A stretch of DNA of 64,000 bases, taken from positions 71,362,001 through 71,426,000 of the forward strand of contig OX597822.1 in assembly GCA_951406725.2 (NCBI GenBank), written 5' to 3'. The DNA comes from Octopus vulgaris (taxonomy: Eukaryota). The notes beneath the pieces are model-generated. The model made no database searches and was not told where the DNA came from. It worked only from the letters and a program-made list of their open reading frames with translations. The translations under genes and the position numbers were made by a program. Shown here in pieces: positions 26,573-40,063 of the stretch (position 1 is the first letter of the stretch; every line of letters begins with the position of its first letter).

Positions 26573-27948
26573 TAAGTATGGAAAACAATTAAATTTGGAA
26601 AAATTAAAAGAAAAGTTTTTTAAAAGAATATTTGTATAGTGTTCAAATACAAGTGGCATTTTCCTTGTTTCTGTCTGTCTCAGTCTCTCTTGTTTACTCT
26701 TGTGGGTTCGAGGTCGTTTTTATATTTATATATACGACAGGCTTCTTTCAGTTTCCGTCCACTAAATCCACTCACAAGGCTTTGGTCGGATTGAAGCTTC
26801 AATTGAAGAAACTTTCCCAAGGTGCCACGTAGTGGTACTGAGCCCGGAACCATGTTAACTGAGAAGATGTCTGCCGAAGACAATATGATTTAACTATTGC
26901 AGTGACGTCTCGGGTTATTGCTTGCAAAGGTGACGTTGTATTTTCAGCACGAAAGTTAATGTAACACTTAAAAGATACTTTGGAGTTTGTTGATGGAAAG
27001 GTGCATGATCTAATGATCAAGATAATTTATCTTTGATTTGTTCCAGTCATTGAACCGCGGCCATGCTGGAACAACGTCTTGAGTAGTTTTAGTCGAACGA
27101 ATTTACTCTAGTATTTAGCAATTTTCAAAAAGTCTAGCACCTATTCAATCGGTCTCATTTCGGAACTGCTAAGGGGACAAGCACAGACACGAAAACTCAT
27201 ACACACATTCATACATGTACACGGTGGGCTTCCACACAGTTTCTGTATGCCGAATTCACTCACAATGTATCGGTCAGCACTGGGCTATAGTAGCTGTCGC
27301 GCAGGAGGACTGAACCCAAAATCACGATGTTGTAAAACGAACTTCTTAACCACACAGCGGAATCAGGTGAAGTAATGTGTAAACCATCTTCAAACCGCGA
27401 ACCAGTAACCGAAGCATTATAACTTGCTTTTCCATTTGACTGGAAGTGTAGCTATTAAGGAACCTTTAAGTGCCTATAGATTTTCAGAAAGATGCACAAA
27501 CACAGGTCTTAACGTACAATAGCCTCACCTTGCATTACCGCCAAACAATAACGTTAAACGATCGTTAGCTGCTTCGGTAAAATGGCATCAGCGATTTTTC
27601 TTATGCCACAGTAAATGTTTCTTCTCAGAGCGTTTTATGAATAGATAACGATCTGTCCTAAATAACGGCTTGGATAACAGACGTGCATAATCGTTGCACA
27701 TAATGATTTATCCATGTTGATAAATGCGAGTAATAAAGCTGACTACTCCTTTATTACTTAACCTCAAAGATTGCAAGGGCTGGGTACTTTTAATTTTATT
27801 CAAATATTTTTTTAACCATAAAATTCGTAGATAAGGTCGTGTGACCCAAAGAAAACTTTGAATGAAAAGCTGTGAAGTTTTCCTCATACCAATATTTTTT
27901 TGTTAATCCGTATTCTTGCATTTTTGTGCCTGAAGTTATTTATTTTTA

Positions 27949-27982
<34 letters not shown>

Positions 27983-28903
27983 TAATAATAATAATCATCA
28001 ATAATATTAATACACTAAGTTGTCTTTTGTAAGTACCTGACGCGTGTGTTACGCTTGAGAGAAAGAAATTGTTGAAAGAAATTTTGCTGCTTAAATAAAA
28101 TTTTTTAACTAGATCCCTTGTGATTTCTGGAGGAGATTTGAAATCAACACATATGTGTTGTATTACTACTTCTCAATACCCATGCCTACTGGGCCACTGA
28201 AGCAGCAACAAGCTTAATAAGAAAATTAAGATACTTAAAATTGACACGTTTGTCGAGCAAGGGAGAGAGGGAGAGAGTGAGAGGGAGTGGCCGATAGGTA
28301 TTTGAATTCCTTTCTATGAATGAACTGAAATTGACTCCTGGCTATTAACGGTAGACACACACACACAAATTAATTTTAGGTCTTCGACCATTTGAATTCG
28401 TTCATACACCAGATAACATGTTAAGTCTTATGTTCCGAAATTTAAATTTTGAATTTGTTTTAATTATAAAATTACACCTTTGCTAAAAACAATCTCTTGG
28501 CTTTGGAATACAACCTTTTCTTTCTCTTTCTATATTTTTTGTTAAGTTATAATTTCTCTGTTTTCGTTTGGATTTTTCCAATTTCTTTTTTCTTGTATCA
28601 AGTAATGGACGAAAGCATTAAAAAAAATTAAATTCATAGAGCAGAACAAAATCAAAAATATTAATTCTATTTTTTCTCTTTCCTTAATACTAACAAGAGC
28701 ATACTTGGATAACAACAGACTGGAGTCGGACCAGTATCTCTGAGCCTCTTAGGTGCAACACTGTCACCATCAAGGGCTCCAGTTTCATTACCACTGTTAT
28801 TCACAATATTTTGTTCTTTTATTGTCACTCATATGAGGTAGCGATTATCAGGTTGCGCAATTTCCAGTGATTTTATTGTGACACCATCATCATAATGGAG
28901 GTG

Positions 28904-28961
<58 letters not shown>

Positions 28962-29067
28962 GAGGTCTGGGGGTCGATAAATTAAGTACCAGTTGCGTTC
29001 TGGGGTCGATCTAATCGACTGCTCCCTCCCCCAAAATTTCAGGCCATGTGCCTAGAGTATCAAAGAT

Positions 29068-29210
29068 CATTATTATTATTTTATGCTTGACTTTTGCTTT
29101 ACATTTGTACAAGTTGGCTCCAAGTCTCACCCAGAGACCTCAAGAGACAACAAGCTGGAAGTTCATACTGGTGTTATGCCTAGGGTGCCATATATTTGGT
29201 TTTGTACATT
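29068..29210 (-). mobile_element. Probable R4/Dong-type 3' end with (TAA)n tail
   Basis: ttgtctcttgaggtctctgggtgagacttgg...aaagtcaagcataaaataataataat, embedded in TAA/CAT microsatellites. Confidence 0.45.
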
Positions 29211-29256
29211 ATCATCATCATCATCATCATCATCATTATTATTATTAATATAATTC

Positions 29257-29307
<51 letters not shown>

Positions 29308-29429
29308 TATTTAGTTATTGTATTATCAACAGAATTTATCTTCCATTTTAGCATATTGTTGAGATGACAATGCGCGTGCAAAGTCAAAATGCAAACTACC
29401 AGAGGGTTTGAATGATCCAACACAACAGA

Positions 29430-30595
29430 CTGCATCTCCTGCTCTCTCTGTCCTATCCTGTACATTGTTCAGACGGGACGCCGCATTGTTGACCGGTTCG
29501 TGGAGTACCTACGAGACATCAGACTAAGCAATAACACCCCGGTCTCGCGTCACTTCCACTCTACCGGTCATTCGCTGCAACATCTGTCTGTGCTTTGACT
29601 GTCTCTGGACAGAGACTACCCGAACTCCCGGCTTCACCGTGAACAAGGATTAATTTTCTCTTCTCGTTCCTTTGCACCACACGGGCTCAACTCACTACCT
29701 CCCTTCATCTGACACCAACCCCACACGGATTCCCACATACATCCCACATCAAACTGCCTCCCCTTCACCTACACACCTGCATACCGCCTACCTCGGTACC
29801 CTCACCACACACACACCACTCTACAAACATCCATACACACTGTTCAACTCAATATTCACTTCACACACCATTACACACACACCCACAAACACCTTCCCAT
29901 TCCACACACACTAGCACCAAACACTTCTCAACACCTACATCACACATCCACACACAATCGTCAATAACGTCACCACACATACCACTATACGAGCAGTCAC
30001 AAACACTGTTTAACTCAGTACACACACCATCATACACACTCCCCCTCCCCACATATGCGCGCAACACGCATAAACACACGCAACACTCATAGACAAAGAT
30101 AACTTTTGGCCACAAACATACACTATACACATGCACACTATTTCGCCACAGACACACACACACACAAACAAACAAATGTGCATACACCACCTGAACAAAC
30201 ACACATCAACTGCTACACACAACATATACGCGTTAGACTCACTCGTCCCATTCACACAAACACACACACGCTTGTGCACCTTGGTTCGTTGGGGATCACC
30301 ATTACCTTTACCGTTATTATTATTATTATTGTTGTTGTTGTTATTATTATTATCTCCATTTCATTCAACCTCTTCTTCCCCGTCATCTCGCCATGTTTGA
30401 CCGTTGAACACTGCACATTTTTTCTCTCTCCCATTTTTCATTCTCGCTTCATTTTTTGCTTCTTAATTCTTTCTGTCGAAGAGCGTAGTCTTGAAACGTA
30501 AAAGACTTTTCCATTTTTCCTGGACGTTTAAATAATACACCTGCTTGTTGTTCCTAGACATGTCTTCGTCTTTTGTTTTCTGTAAATCTGAACTA
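29430..30595 (+). mobile_element. Penelope-like element 3' end: GIY-YIG remnant, CA-rich UTR and terminal HHR-like motif
   Basis: CISCSLCPILYIVQTGRRIVDRFVEYLRDI..PVSRHFHSTGHS..REQGLIF..APHGLN at 29430-29712. Confidence 0.8.
30468..30505 (+). ncRNA. Minimal hammerhead-like motif with CUGUCGA core
   Basis: tcttt-CTGTCGA-aga-gcgtag-tctt-GAAA-cg-TA-aaaga at the 3' end of a PLE. Confidence 0.55.
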
Positions 30596-30840
30596 TATAT
30601 ATATATATATAGCAATATTACTAAATCTCTCAGTGACAGTTATGCAGTAATAGCACGATAAAGTGATGGTTTGTTGGCAACTTAATGTGACAGTCCCAGG
30701 AAAGGGGGAAAAGATTACTGTCATTTAGCCCCAAGACACATCATTTCTAGCTGGCTACGCTACAAAAGCGTTCTGTGTCCTTACGTTTTTAAACAGGGGA
30801 GATAATCACCTCTACCCAGCTAAGCCAGCATATATACACA

Positions 30841-30910
<70 letters not shown>

Positions 30911-31031
30911 GATGTAGATGTATATATATATTTGTGTGTGTGTGTGTATAAAAATGCGGTGCTGCTGCATGGCCACAGTCAAATGACTGAAACAGGTAAA
31001 AGAATAAAAGAATAAAAATATATGTATCTAT

Positions 31032-31816
31032 CAACCACATGGTTCTGGATTCAGTCCCGGATCAAGTGTCTTCTACTATAGCCTCGGGTCGACCAAAGCC
31101 TTGCAAGTGGATTTCGTAAACGGAAACTGAAAGAAGCCCGTCGTATATATTTATATATATATATATAGATCTTTCTTTCACCCTCTTTGGCTTCCTTCCT
31201 CTCTATATCTCTCTCTCTCTCTCTCACTCCTACTCATCTCTCTCACAGCCGGGTCGACGAACTTCCTTTCGCTGGCGGCCTTCTTCAAGTAAACATGTTT
31301 CTTCCTGCGCTCGTGAAAAAAAAAAAATTTCCTCGTCTAGGCTTATAGGCCCTCATTATTTGTTTTCCTGTCCTGTTTCTATTCCTTCTTGTACTGTATT
31401 TTTTGCAATTGTAATTTTATTTTGTATTTGTTTTTAATTGTATTGTTTTTACGTCCTTTTTTGGCACATTTTTTCCCTTGTTTTTTACCCCTCTGCAAAG
31501 GAATTTTATTTAATTCCTTCGCAGGAAGGACTAGTTCGACGAGACGTGTTCTGTCCTCACCTTCGAAACACGCTGGAGTTGAACTAGGGACAGCTGATGA
31601 AGGGGATTTTTCCTTGTGTAGTTGTCTTGTGCTGTTTTTTCGTTGTTAAAAAATAGTCCGTTCCATGCTGTTTTTACCTTTTTCGTTTCTCGTTGAGTTC
31701 TACGTCTATTTGTGGTGTCCTGTACACACGTATATATATTTATATATGCATGTATATATACATGTAGATGTAGGTACGTACATATGTTTGTATGTATGCA
31801 TATATTTTATTTATTA

Positions 31817-31870
<54 letters not shown>

Positions 31871-32085
31871 AAATGTATATGTTTGTATGTCTGTGTTCGT
31901 GCCCCCAACATCGCTTGACAACCGATGCTGGTGTGTTTACGTACTCGTCACCTAGCGGTTCGGCAAGAGAGACCGATAGAATAAGTACTAGGCTTACCCC
32001 AAAGAATAAGTCCTTGTGTCGATTTGATCGACTAAAGGCGGTGCTCCAGCATGGCCGCAGTCAAATGATTGAGACAAAACAATAA
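31032..32085 (+). mobile_element. SINE family A split by an insertion in its internal microsatellite
   Basis: 5' half at 31032-31145, 3' half at 31880-32085, unrelated sequence at about 31250-31730. Confidence 0.7.
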
Positions 32086-32139
32086 AAGAATGTATGTGTG
32101 TATCTATCTATATATGTTTATAGTTGAGTGTGAGTGTGT

Positions 32140-32216
<77 letters not shown>

Positions 32217-32425
32217 AACAAAATTGTAGACTCATATGCGAAATTGATGTCGCAGTTCTGGTGGTGAAGCCAAATTAAATGAAGAAATGCTGTCAAAGTT
32301 GGCACCAGAATGTCTACAAAAGACAATCCTTCACAGAAATATTACCTTGAATTTCACACTTCTGCTGCCTATCTGCACGTCATACAATTATTTAGATGCA
32401 AATATCAAGGAAAAATATAATAAGA

Positions 32426-32487
<62 letters not shown>

Positions 32488-32659
32488 ATGCAATTAGAAA
32501 AGATGTAGCCTCGGGCTTATTGCAATGTACTAGAATGTGTTAGAATCAGTTTCTAATTCTAAAGACAGATGTGTTGTGTGTGTGTGTGTGTGCTTGTGTG
32601 GGTGTTTTGATGAATTGTGAATTTTTACTGATATATAAAGTAACGACCTACGTATTATA

Positions 32660-32740
<81 letters not shown>

Positions 32741-32829
32741 TGAGGGAATAAAATCCAAAACTTACAAGGAAAAACATTCAATTTAGAATGCTAAATCAAA
32801 TTTCACACAATATGTATATATATACACGC

Positions 32830-32881
<52 letters not shown>

Positions 32882-33629
32882 TCGCACAGGCACACACACA
32901 CTCTCACAGGGACACACACACACACACACACGCATATAGGAATACATAATGCATGTATATAGACATACATACACCTATGTACGCACACATTCGCAAAAAA
33001 ACATATGTTTACGTATGTATACATTTCTATAAAAATATATATGTGTGTGTGCGTGTGTGCATGTATGTATGTATGTATGTATGTATGTATGTATGTATGT
33101 ATTGACAGTCAGTCGATAAATACGTGGCTGAAACTTCGAAGTGACTGTCATCATTCTTCTTGTAAAAGTATAATACATACACGCGTGCGCGTGTATACAT
33201 AATGTTTCATTCAGGTTGTAACATTGGAACTTGCTTTAAGCTTGTACACGGGTCCTGGCTATCAGGTACAAGTATAAAACGGAAATCGAAAGTTTTACTG
33301 CTGATATATTTAATAAATAAATAAATAAATACCCGTGAATATCCGTAGAATTTATATGATTATTAACAAGGGGACTGGAATGAGCAATTCGTTTTGTTAC
33401 ATTGTTTTACAATTGTTTCATCAACAGTTCATGAGAAGAGTTATGCTATATTATTACTATATAATATGTGTAACGATACATTGCATCGGTATTATTAAAC
33501 TAATACCGCGAAAATATTGTAGCATGATTCGAAAATAAACCAAGTAGCCTGTCAGACATCACGATCAAACTACAGTTGTTTCACGTGGTTGGTCTATTCA
33601 GCAACTAATCAGTGTCAAACCATCACGTG

Positions 33630-33900
33630 ATTCAATCTCCTAGCATCTTCTTGTGTCCTATAAAAAGCCTGTTTTTGGCGGTAATTGTAGAATGCTGGGG
33701 CAGCTGCGCTTTTTGTCTCCATTTCACCACATCCAGCTTGTTAAGACAGATGGCCAATTGTAGACATGAATCTTTTGTCACCACGAATATAGCGCAATTA
33801 TTTTCCACTTGTGATAGGGAAGCCATGGATTGCTGTATCAGTAGGCTTGTTGTAAACTTCAAGCAGTATGTCTCTCCCGCTATGTAACTATTACTGTTAG
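33630..33900 (-). pseudogene. Possible PLE reverse transcriptase fragment
   Basis: LLEVYNKPTDT..LRYIR resembles the PLE thumb motif xVYxKPTxT. Confidence 0.3.
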
Positions 33901-34687
33901 TATTTGTAAAAGACCAAGACAGTTAAAATGTCCCATTATAAATCTTCTGTTAATTGATCGCGGTTGTAGTCATCACGTGGCACCAGAAATACATTTTCAT
34001 TCAGCAGCTCAAGTAGTCATCACCTCAAACCAGCTAACAACAACAACATTACTACAATTCACGACAATATCGACTCCTCAGGTATATATGTATAGAATCC
34101 ATTTGTTGGACGAATTTGTATTTTTATGATACAAACACTTCGTCCAATATGTTCTTATTACTTCATTTACATATCGAATTAAAACGAAAAGCAAATGCAT
34201 AATTAACCACGAATTCGAATTAACCAGTCAAGAAATATGATGAATCGAAGAGAACGAAAGAATAAAAGAAAATTACACGGAAATATAAACGAGAGATGAA
34301 ATAGAAGATAAGATATTTTCTCTTTCCAGAACCTTCTGTCTATAAATAGTCAGTCTCTGCTGTTATTAAAGAAGCTGGGTGCACAATTCCGTGTCTACAA
34401 TGTAATTTACTCTGTGTTATCTTGAGTTAATGGTCAAAAATTTCTGCCAACATCCAGTTAAGTGTGAACTGCTAGCGGAGTTATCTATCATGGTCTCCCA
34501 TTCTCTCGGACACACGGACACACGGACACATTACACTCATAATTCTAGATAGATAAAGCTGGGTTATTTCTTTGTTAGAATGCGTTTCTTCTCTACTTAT
34601 AAACATATCGAGAGATTGATTAAAGAAATTTAGGATGCCCAGGGAATCAAAAACTGATTCTCATGTCATCATGTGTATACATATATA

Positions 34688-34902
34688 AGGCAGTGAGCTG
34701 GCAGAACCGTTAGCACGTCGGAAAAACATGCTTAGCGGCATTTCGTCTGTCTTTATGTTCTGAGTTCGAATTCCGCCGTAGTCGGTTCTGCTCTTCACTC
34801 TTTCGAGGTCGATAAAATAAATACCAGTCAAGTACTGGGGTCGATACACGCAACTTCTACCTTCCCTTAAAAATTGCTGGCCCTGTGCCAAAGTTTGAAA
34901 CT
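34688..34902 (+). mobile_element. SINE family B
   Basis: ggcagtgagctggcagaaccgttagc head and gtcgataaaataa..accag domain. Confidence 0.85.
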
Positions 34903-34944
34903 ATTAAGTATATATATACACACACACATACATGCGTACATAAA

Positions 34945-35356
34945 TAATATTCGCAGCTACTTTAAAATGGCTGTCCGAGCAGATTCTACTGCGATTTTTT
35001 AACCCCAAGAGAACTTCTCCTCAAGCTGGTTAACGAGGCATAGTTGCATCTGATAAAATTACGAGCAAGGGACCAAACCCCTACCATCTTCTAGCGACGG
35101 GACCAGTAGACCAATCCTGGTTTCGGGCTATTTCTGCCACTCCTCAGTACTGGACACCTTGTCTACTAGAGATGATAGCGCTCGCTTCTGCACGCAATAT
35201 ATATATTTCAAGCGGACACACGGTCGCTGATTTTGCAAGAAGCAAAAATACTGGTTTTAAGATCTCTCCAAAAGATCAACGCAGTAGTTGTACTGACAAG
35301 TAATATTCGTAGCCACTTTAACATGATTGTCCGTTCCAGCGGACTCTACTGCGATT
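34945..35356 (-). mobile_element. Retrozyme-like or solo PLE terminal unit (~357 bp) with terminal direct repeat
   Basis: taatattcg..ctactgcgatt at 34945-34996 and 35301-35356 flank a canonical HHR. Confidence 0.6.
35103..35153 (-). ncRNA. Canonical type I hammerhead ribozyme (GUC site)
   Basis: ccagta-CTGAGGA-gtggc-agaaata-gccc-GAAA-cca-ggat-tgg-TC-tactgg. All three helices pair and the core is intact. Confidence 0.88.
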
Positions 35357-35423
35357 ATATATATATATGTTTCATTTTGGGGTTTGGTTTGCAAGATTCT
35401 GTATGTGAGTTCTTGTGTTGAAG

Positions 35424-35800
35424 TATATACTGTTGTGTCTGGGGAATGTTATTCTCTTTTAGTGCCTTATCATTTAACTCACGCACAGGTAAATTTTCCA
35501 CTCATTTACTTATTTATTTTTCTAAAATTTTCGTTGCGTCTTGCAACTTTTTCAGTAGTCGTTGACTCTGTCTGTTATCCGAGCTGCGTTCTTTTTGAAG
35601 AAAACGGTGAAAATCGTAACACGATTATTGAACAAAAAGAACGCAGCTCGGATAATAGACAGAGTCAACGGCTATTGAAAAGGTTGCAAGACGCAATGAA
35701 AATTTTGGAAAAATAAGTAAATGAGTGGAAAATTTACCAGTGAGTGTATTAAACGATAAAGGAACTAAAAGAGAATGATTCTCTCCAGACACCAATATAT
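35424..35800. repeat. Long palindrome (~170-bp arms) with one HHR-like motif per arm
   Basis: Arms at 35424-35597 and 35633-35800. Motifs at 35522-35558 (-) and 35672-35708 (+). Confidence 0.9.
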
Positions 35801-35843
35801 ATATATATATATATAAATATATATATATATATCCACATACATA

Positions 35844-35879
<36 letters not shown>

Positions 35880-36299
35880 GTGTGTACAGCAAGAAATTTA
35901 GAACAAAAGTAAAAATAACTCATACAGATAAATTAACACGGTATGTATACTCACACCCATATATACATATACTTATATATATCATGTACTTATACTTATT
36001 CTTATTACAATTAATTTTGATTTTATTATTTCCGTTTTTGTTTCTTTTTTATATATATAATTAATCTTATTAGTACCAGTGTTATGATTTCCACCTTTCT
36101 TACCATTCGTAAATAGTACAACTAGCAACGCATTTTCTAGGATAACCACATCCTTTACCAGATATAGCTGAAATTGTTACTTTTTAATAACTCGTAACAA
36201 TATTGCTATGAATAATGTCTTGGATATTGCAAACCACTTTGAACGGTCTTTTGTTGGTTTCTTTATTGTTATTATTACCAAACTGATAGTTTATATTAT

Positions 36300-36780
36300 T
36301 ATTTATTTCGTTAAGTTACCTTTTTTTAAATTAAGGAATAAAGCATTCTTAGTTACGTGATGTTGCATACGATAGTTTCACTGTATGTCTATTGACAATT
36401 TTGCGATAATTATCGGATTTTAGAAAATGCTTATTCAATGCATTGAAAAACGCCTCGCAATTTTAGATGATATCTGGAGCTCGAATTCAGGATTGTGCCA
36501 CAATATAATCCTCTTATCAGATTTGCTATTAAGACGATTATTATAGCTATTAAAATTTATAGATTCACAAATCGAGGAATTTCCATTGAGTCTATCATAT
36601 TGATATATAGATGTCGTAATTAGTAAATGAGTAGGAGAGTCGTTGGTTACAAGTTTCCTATGACTCAATCACTGTTTCACCACACTTAAATTTTTTTGAT
36701 GGTAAGTGTGATAGAGGAGTAGTTGTAACTCGATGCAGAGGAAATATTGCGAAGTACTTTGTTCGAAGAACATCAGATAT
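36300..36780 (-). pseudogene. Degraded Penelope-like element linker fragment
   Basis: KRIILWHNPEFELQISSKIARRF matches the PLE motif RxIIWxNPPFsxxVxTxIGrxF. Confidence 0.55.
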
Positions 36781-37249
36781 ATATCGGAAAATCTTCCACG
36801 CGCACACACATATACGGTGGAATCAGAAATATATTAAATTCCTGAAACTAATCAGTAATCTTATTTTGTTTAAATCATATCTTGTTTTATGCAATTAGTG
36901 TGTGATTTAAAGTACATTTTTCGTGCAGATGTATGTGCGTATATGCATGCATATGTGCATATTTATATGTATACGCATAGACTTGCATTTATGTATGTAT
37001 ATATGTATGTATTTATGCGTGCATGTACGTATGTATATATGTATGTACGTGGGTGTGTGCACTTTTACATTGCTTAATAAATCCATCCACATATTGTATA
37101 ACGTCTCTTATCCGCTCACTTCGGATTTATAAACGTGTTTTTTTCACACTTCACATTATCTTTTCTTTCCTTTCAAACTATTAGTCAAAGTTTCGCATAT
37201 CTTTTTATATCTCCTGTCTCTTGATGGGTAGGGCTAATAAAATAAAGAA

Positions 37250-37251
<2 letters not shown>

Positions 37252-37305
<54 letters not shown>

Positions 37306-37388
37306 TAATAATGATAATAATAATAATAATAATGATAATAATAATAATAATAATGATAATAATAATCATTATTATTATTATTATTATG

Positions 37389-37432
<44 letters not shown>

Positions 37433-37441
37433 CATCATCAT
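37252..37441. repeat. Head-to-head (TAA)n/(TTA)n microsatellite
   Basis: (ata)n switches to (tta)n near 37367. Confidence 0.9.
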
Positions 37442-39219
37442 TGATATCTGCTGACGTGAAAAGACGTGTTCTTTTTATCACACCATGATATTTATTTTAA
37501 AGAACGAAGCTGCAGAAAAAGAGCTTCTTTTTAAATATCTCCTTCAAAGAATCCTTCTGAAATATACCTGATTATCTTTCTGTACAGAGTGAGAAGAAAA
37601 AAAAAAACGCTACCATTCTCAGAATTTTTACATGTTATTATTTCTTTTTTATACATACAGTCATCCTATAAAATGGTTACTTCTCGACAGAACGATAACG
37701 CCCACCCAAAATTTCAAATGATTCTAACTAGGAAAAAAAGAAGAAAAAAAAGAAGACAACCAATTTAATCATATGGCAAAGCATAAATATTTTTTAAGGA
37801 GAAGGTAAAATAATAATTTATTGGCAGAAAATACAAATCTTGGATTAGACAATAACTATATAGGAAACAACAAAACAACACAGGCGTAAACATGCTAACT
37901 CTTTCATTCCCCACCGGAAATAACTTACACACACATTTTGTTGAATGAAGGACTGAAAAAATTGAAGAATGCGAATTGAGAGAAAAGGAAAACCTTCCTT
38001 CTTTCACTAGAGCTTCCTTAAAAAAATAGGCCTTTAGTATGAATTAGTTGATGGGGAAAACAATCTGCCTGGTAGAGCTTCCTGACAAAGGGCAGGACAT
38101 CGATACCTCAGTCCTTGACCAAACAGCAAAATAAGGAAAAAGGAAGTAAGATGAGAACTGCTCTCTGCATCTCCCCACTCCAAAAGCTCGGGGTTTTTTT
38201 TTCTCATACCGCCATCAGAGCAATTGCAAATAACCCAAGTGAATATATGGAATGGCATATCCTCAATTAGACGAGGAATAAATATTCAGAAGTATTTCTT
38301 TATTCTTTTATTTGTTTCAGTCATTGTATGCGGTCATGCTGGGGCACTGCCTTGAAGAACTTAGCCGAACAAATTGAACCCAGTATTTATTTTATTGTAG
38401 AAACGCTTGTCCACAGTGATGCCCTGTGGAACTGAATTCAAAACAACATGGTTGTGAAGTGATATTGTCCACTCAGTATGCTCGCACCTATATTCCTGAT
38501 ATTCAAAGCGGATGACGAGAGGAAAATACTGTGGAACCGTTGCATTGCATACCTTGCTTGATACTCATACTATTATACATGGGACATCACATCACATGGA
38601 TTACAGTGGAGAATACTACTGACGTTAGCGACCCTTGTCCTAACGTCACTTTCGTGATGCGGTATGAGCGGATAGCAAGCGCCAAACTAACAAAAATGAC
38701 GTATTAGTCGTGTGAACTCTATATGGATATTTAAGTTCTAATAATTCCAGGAGACAACAGAGCAGTTCCCCCTCATGGGAGTAGAAGGAAAGACTGAGTA
38801 GCCTTACAGGACAAAATACCCATGTGTTTCATATTTGACAATAAGAGCTACTTGAGAGGTTTCTTCCTTGACAAACTAGAATCACAGGGGAAAGCACAGT
38901 ACTAAAACTACAAGGCTGTGGGCTCACTCTGACATTCGAATTGCTCGCCGGTATTTTTTGAATGCGAAATTTCCGGTACTTGGACAAGGAAAATAAAGAA
39001 TCAAAGTTATAGAGTGTACTATTCTGACTCAGACATTTCTTTAAATTATTTCTTAATTATATTTGTATTTATTTACATTCATTAAATTATTTCCAGCCAT
39101 TTTAAAAGAAAAAAATGTTTATAATATATATATATCAATATACAGCCTCAAATCATAGTTGGAAAAAAAAACCCCTAATAGATGAAAGTCGTTCAGTAGT
39201 GATAACCTCGTCGTATATA

Positions 39220-39445
39220 TTAATCCATTAGTGTCCAAACTCTTTTATTTAATTTATTACCAAAAATCTCTTTCTATACAACTTTATCTGATACTAAATA
39301 TATAAAAGAATTTTTATTACTATATTTGAAAGACACTCCAGTCTTGATGACTAACTAAAGATATCTCAGAAAAATACAGGTATTGCAGAAATATGATGGA
39401 TTATCCTTCTGGTCCTAAAAAAGGACCATGGGCGCTAATAGGTTA
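39220..39445. mobile_element. Possible TTAA-flanked MITE
   Basis: Imperfect inverted ends ttaatccattagtgtcc ... gggcgctaataggttaa. Confidence 0.4.
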
Positions 39446-39988
39446 ATATAACCTTTATTTAAGTCTTAGGTTATGATTTGTGAGAGATTTAGTTGCTATT
39501 TTCAGCAGGTTTAACCACCACGTGTCAGCTGCCCATTGAATAAACTTGTTTGCGGACGTATGAGTCTCCTCTTTCCTTTCCATTCCTTACTCAGTGTCTC
39601 TCTTATATTTTTCTATTTCATATCTTTAGAGTGGAAGGATGAACTAACAGGCAAGTTTGTTCATTACTTCAACGAAGTGGTTACCTTTGGAGGCAGTGTA
39701 AGTTTTACTTAGTGAGAATGATTAACCGGAAGTTTTTTTTTTGCAGCTACATATACATGTTTCGTTAGCTTATAATTGATTATAAGATGAATCGACACAA
39801 AAAATATGTATGATGTAGAAACAGCTTGTTCCTTAATCATACTAATATGTAAATCAATGGCAGATAAATAACTGCTATGTCTAGTGTGGGGAGCGTAACG
39901 ATCGTTTCTGTAACTTAGTTAATAAGGACATATCCAGGTTCTAATGTTTCGGGAGCGAGCGCATAAAAATGGTTTCAGGACATGTACT

Positions 39989-40021
<33 letters not shown>

Positions 40022-40063
40022 GTCGTCGTCGTCGTCGTCGTCGTCATCAAAAGTAAAGTATGA

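Noticed and set aside
38030-39000. Complex sequence, possibly an old retroelement or exon
   Set aside because: No diagnostic motif and no sustained open frame.
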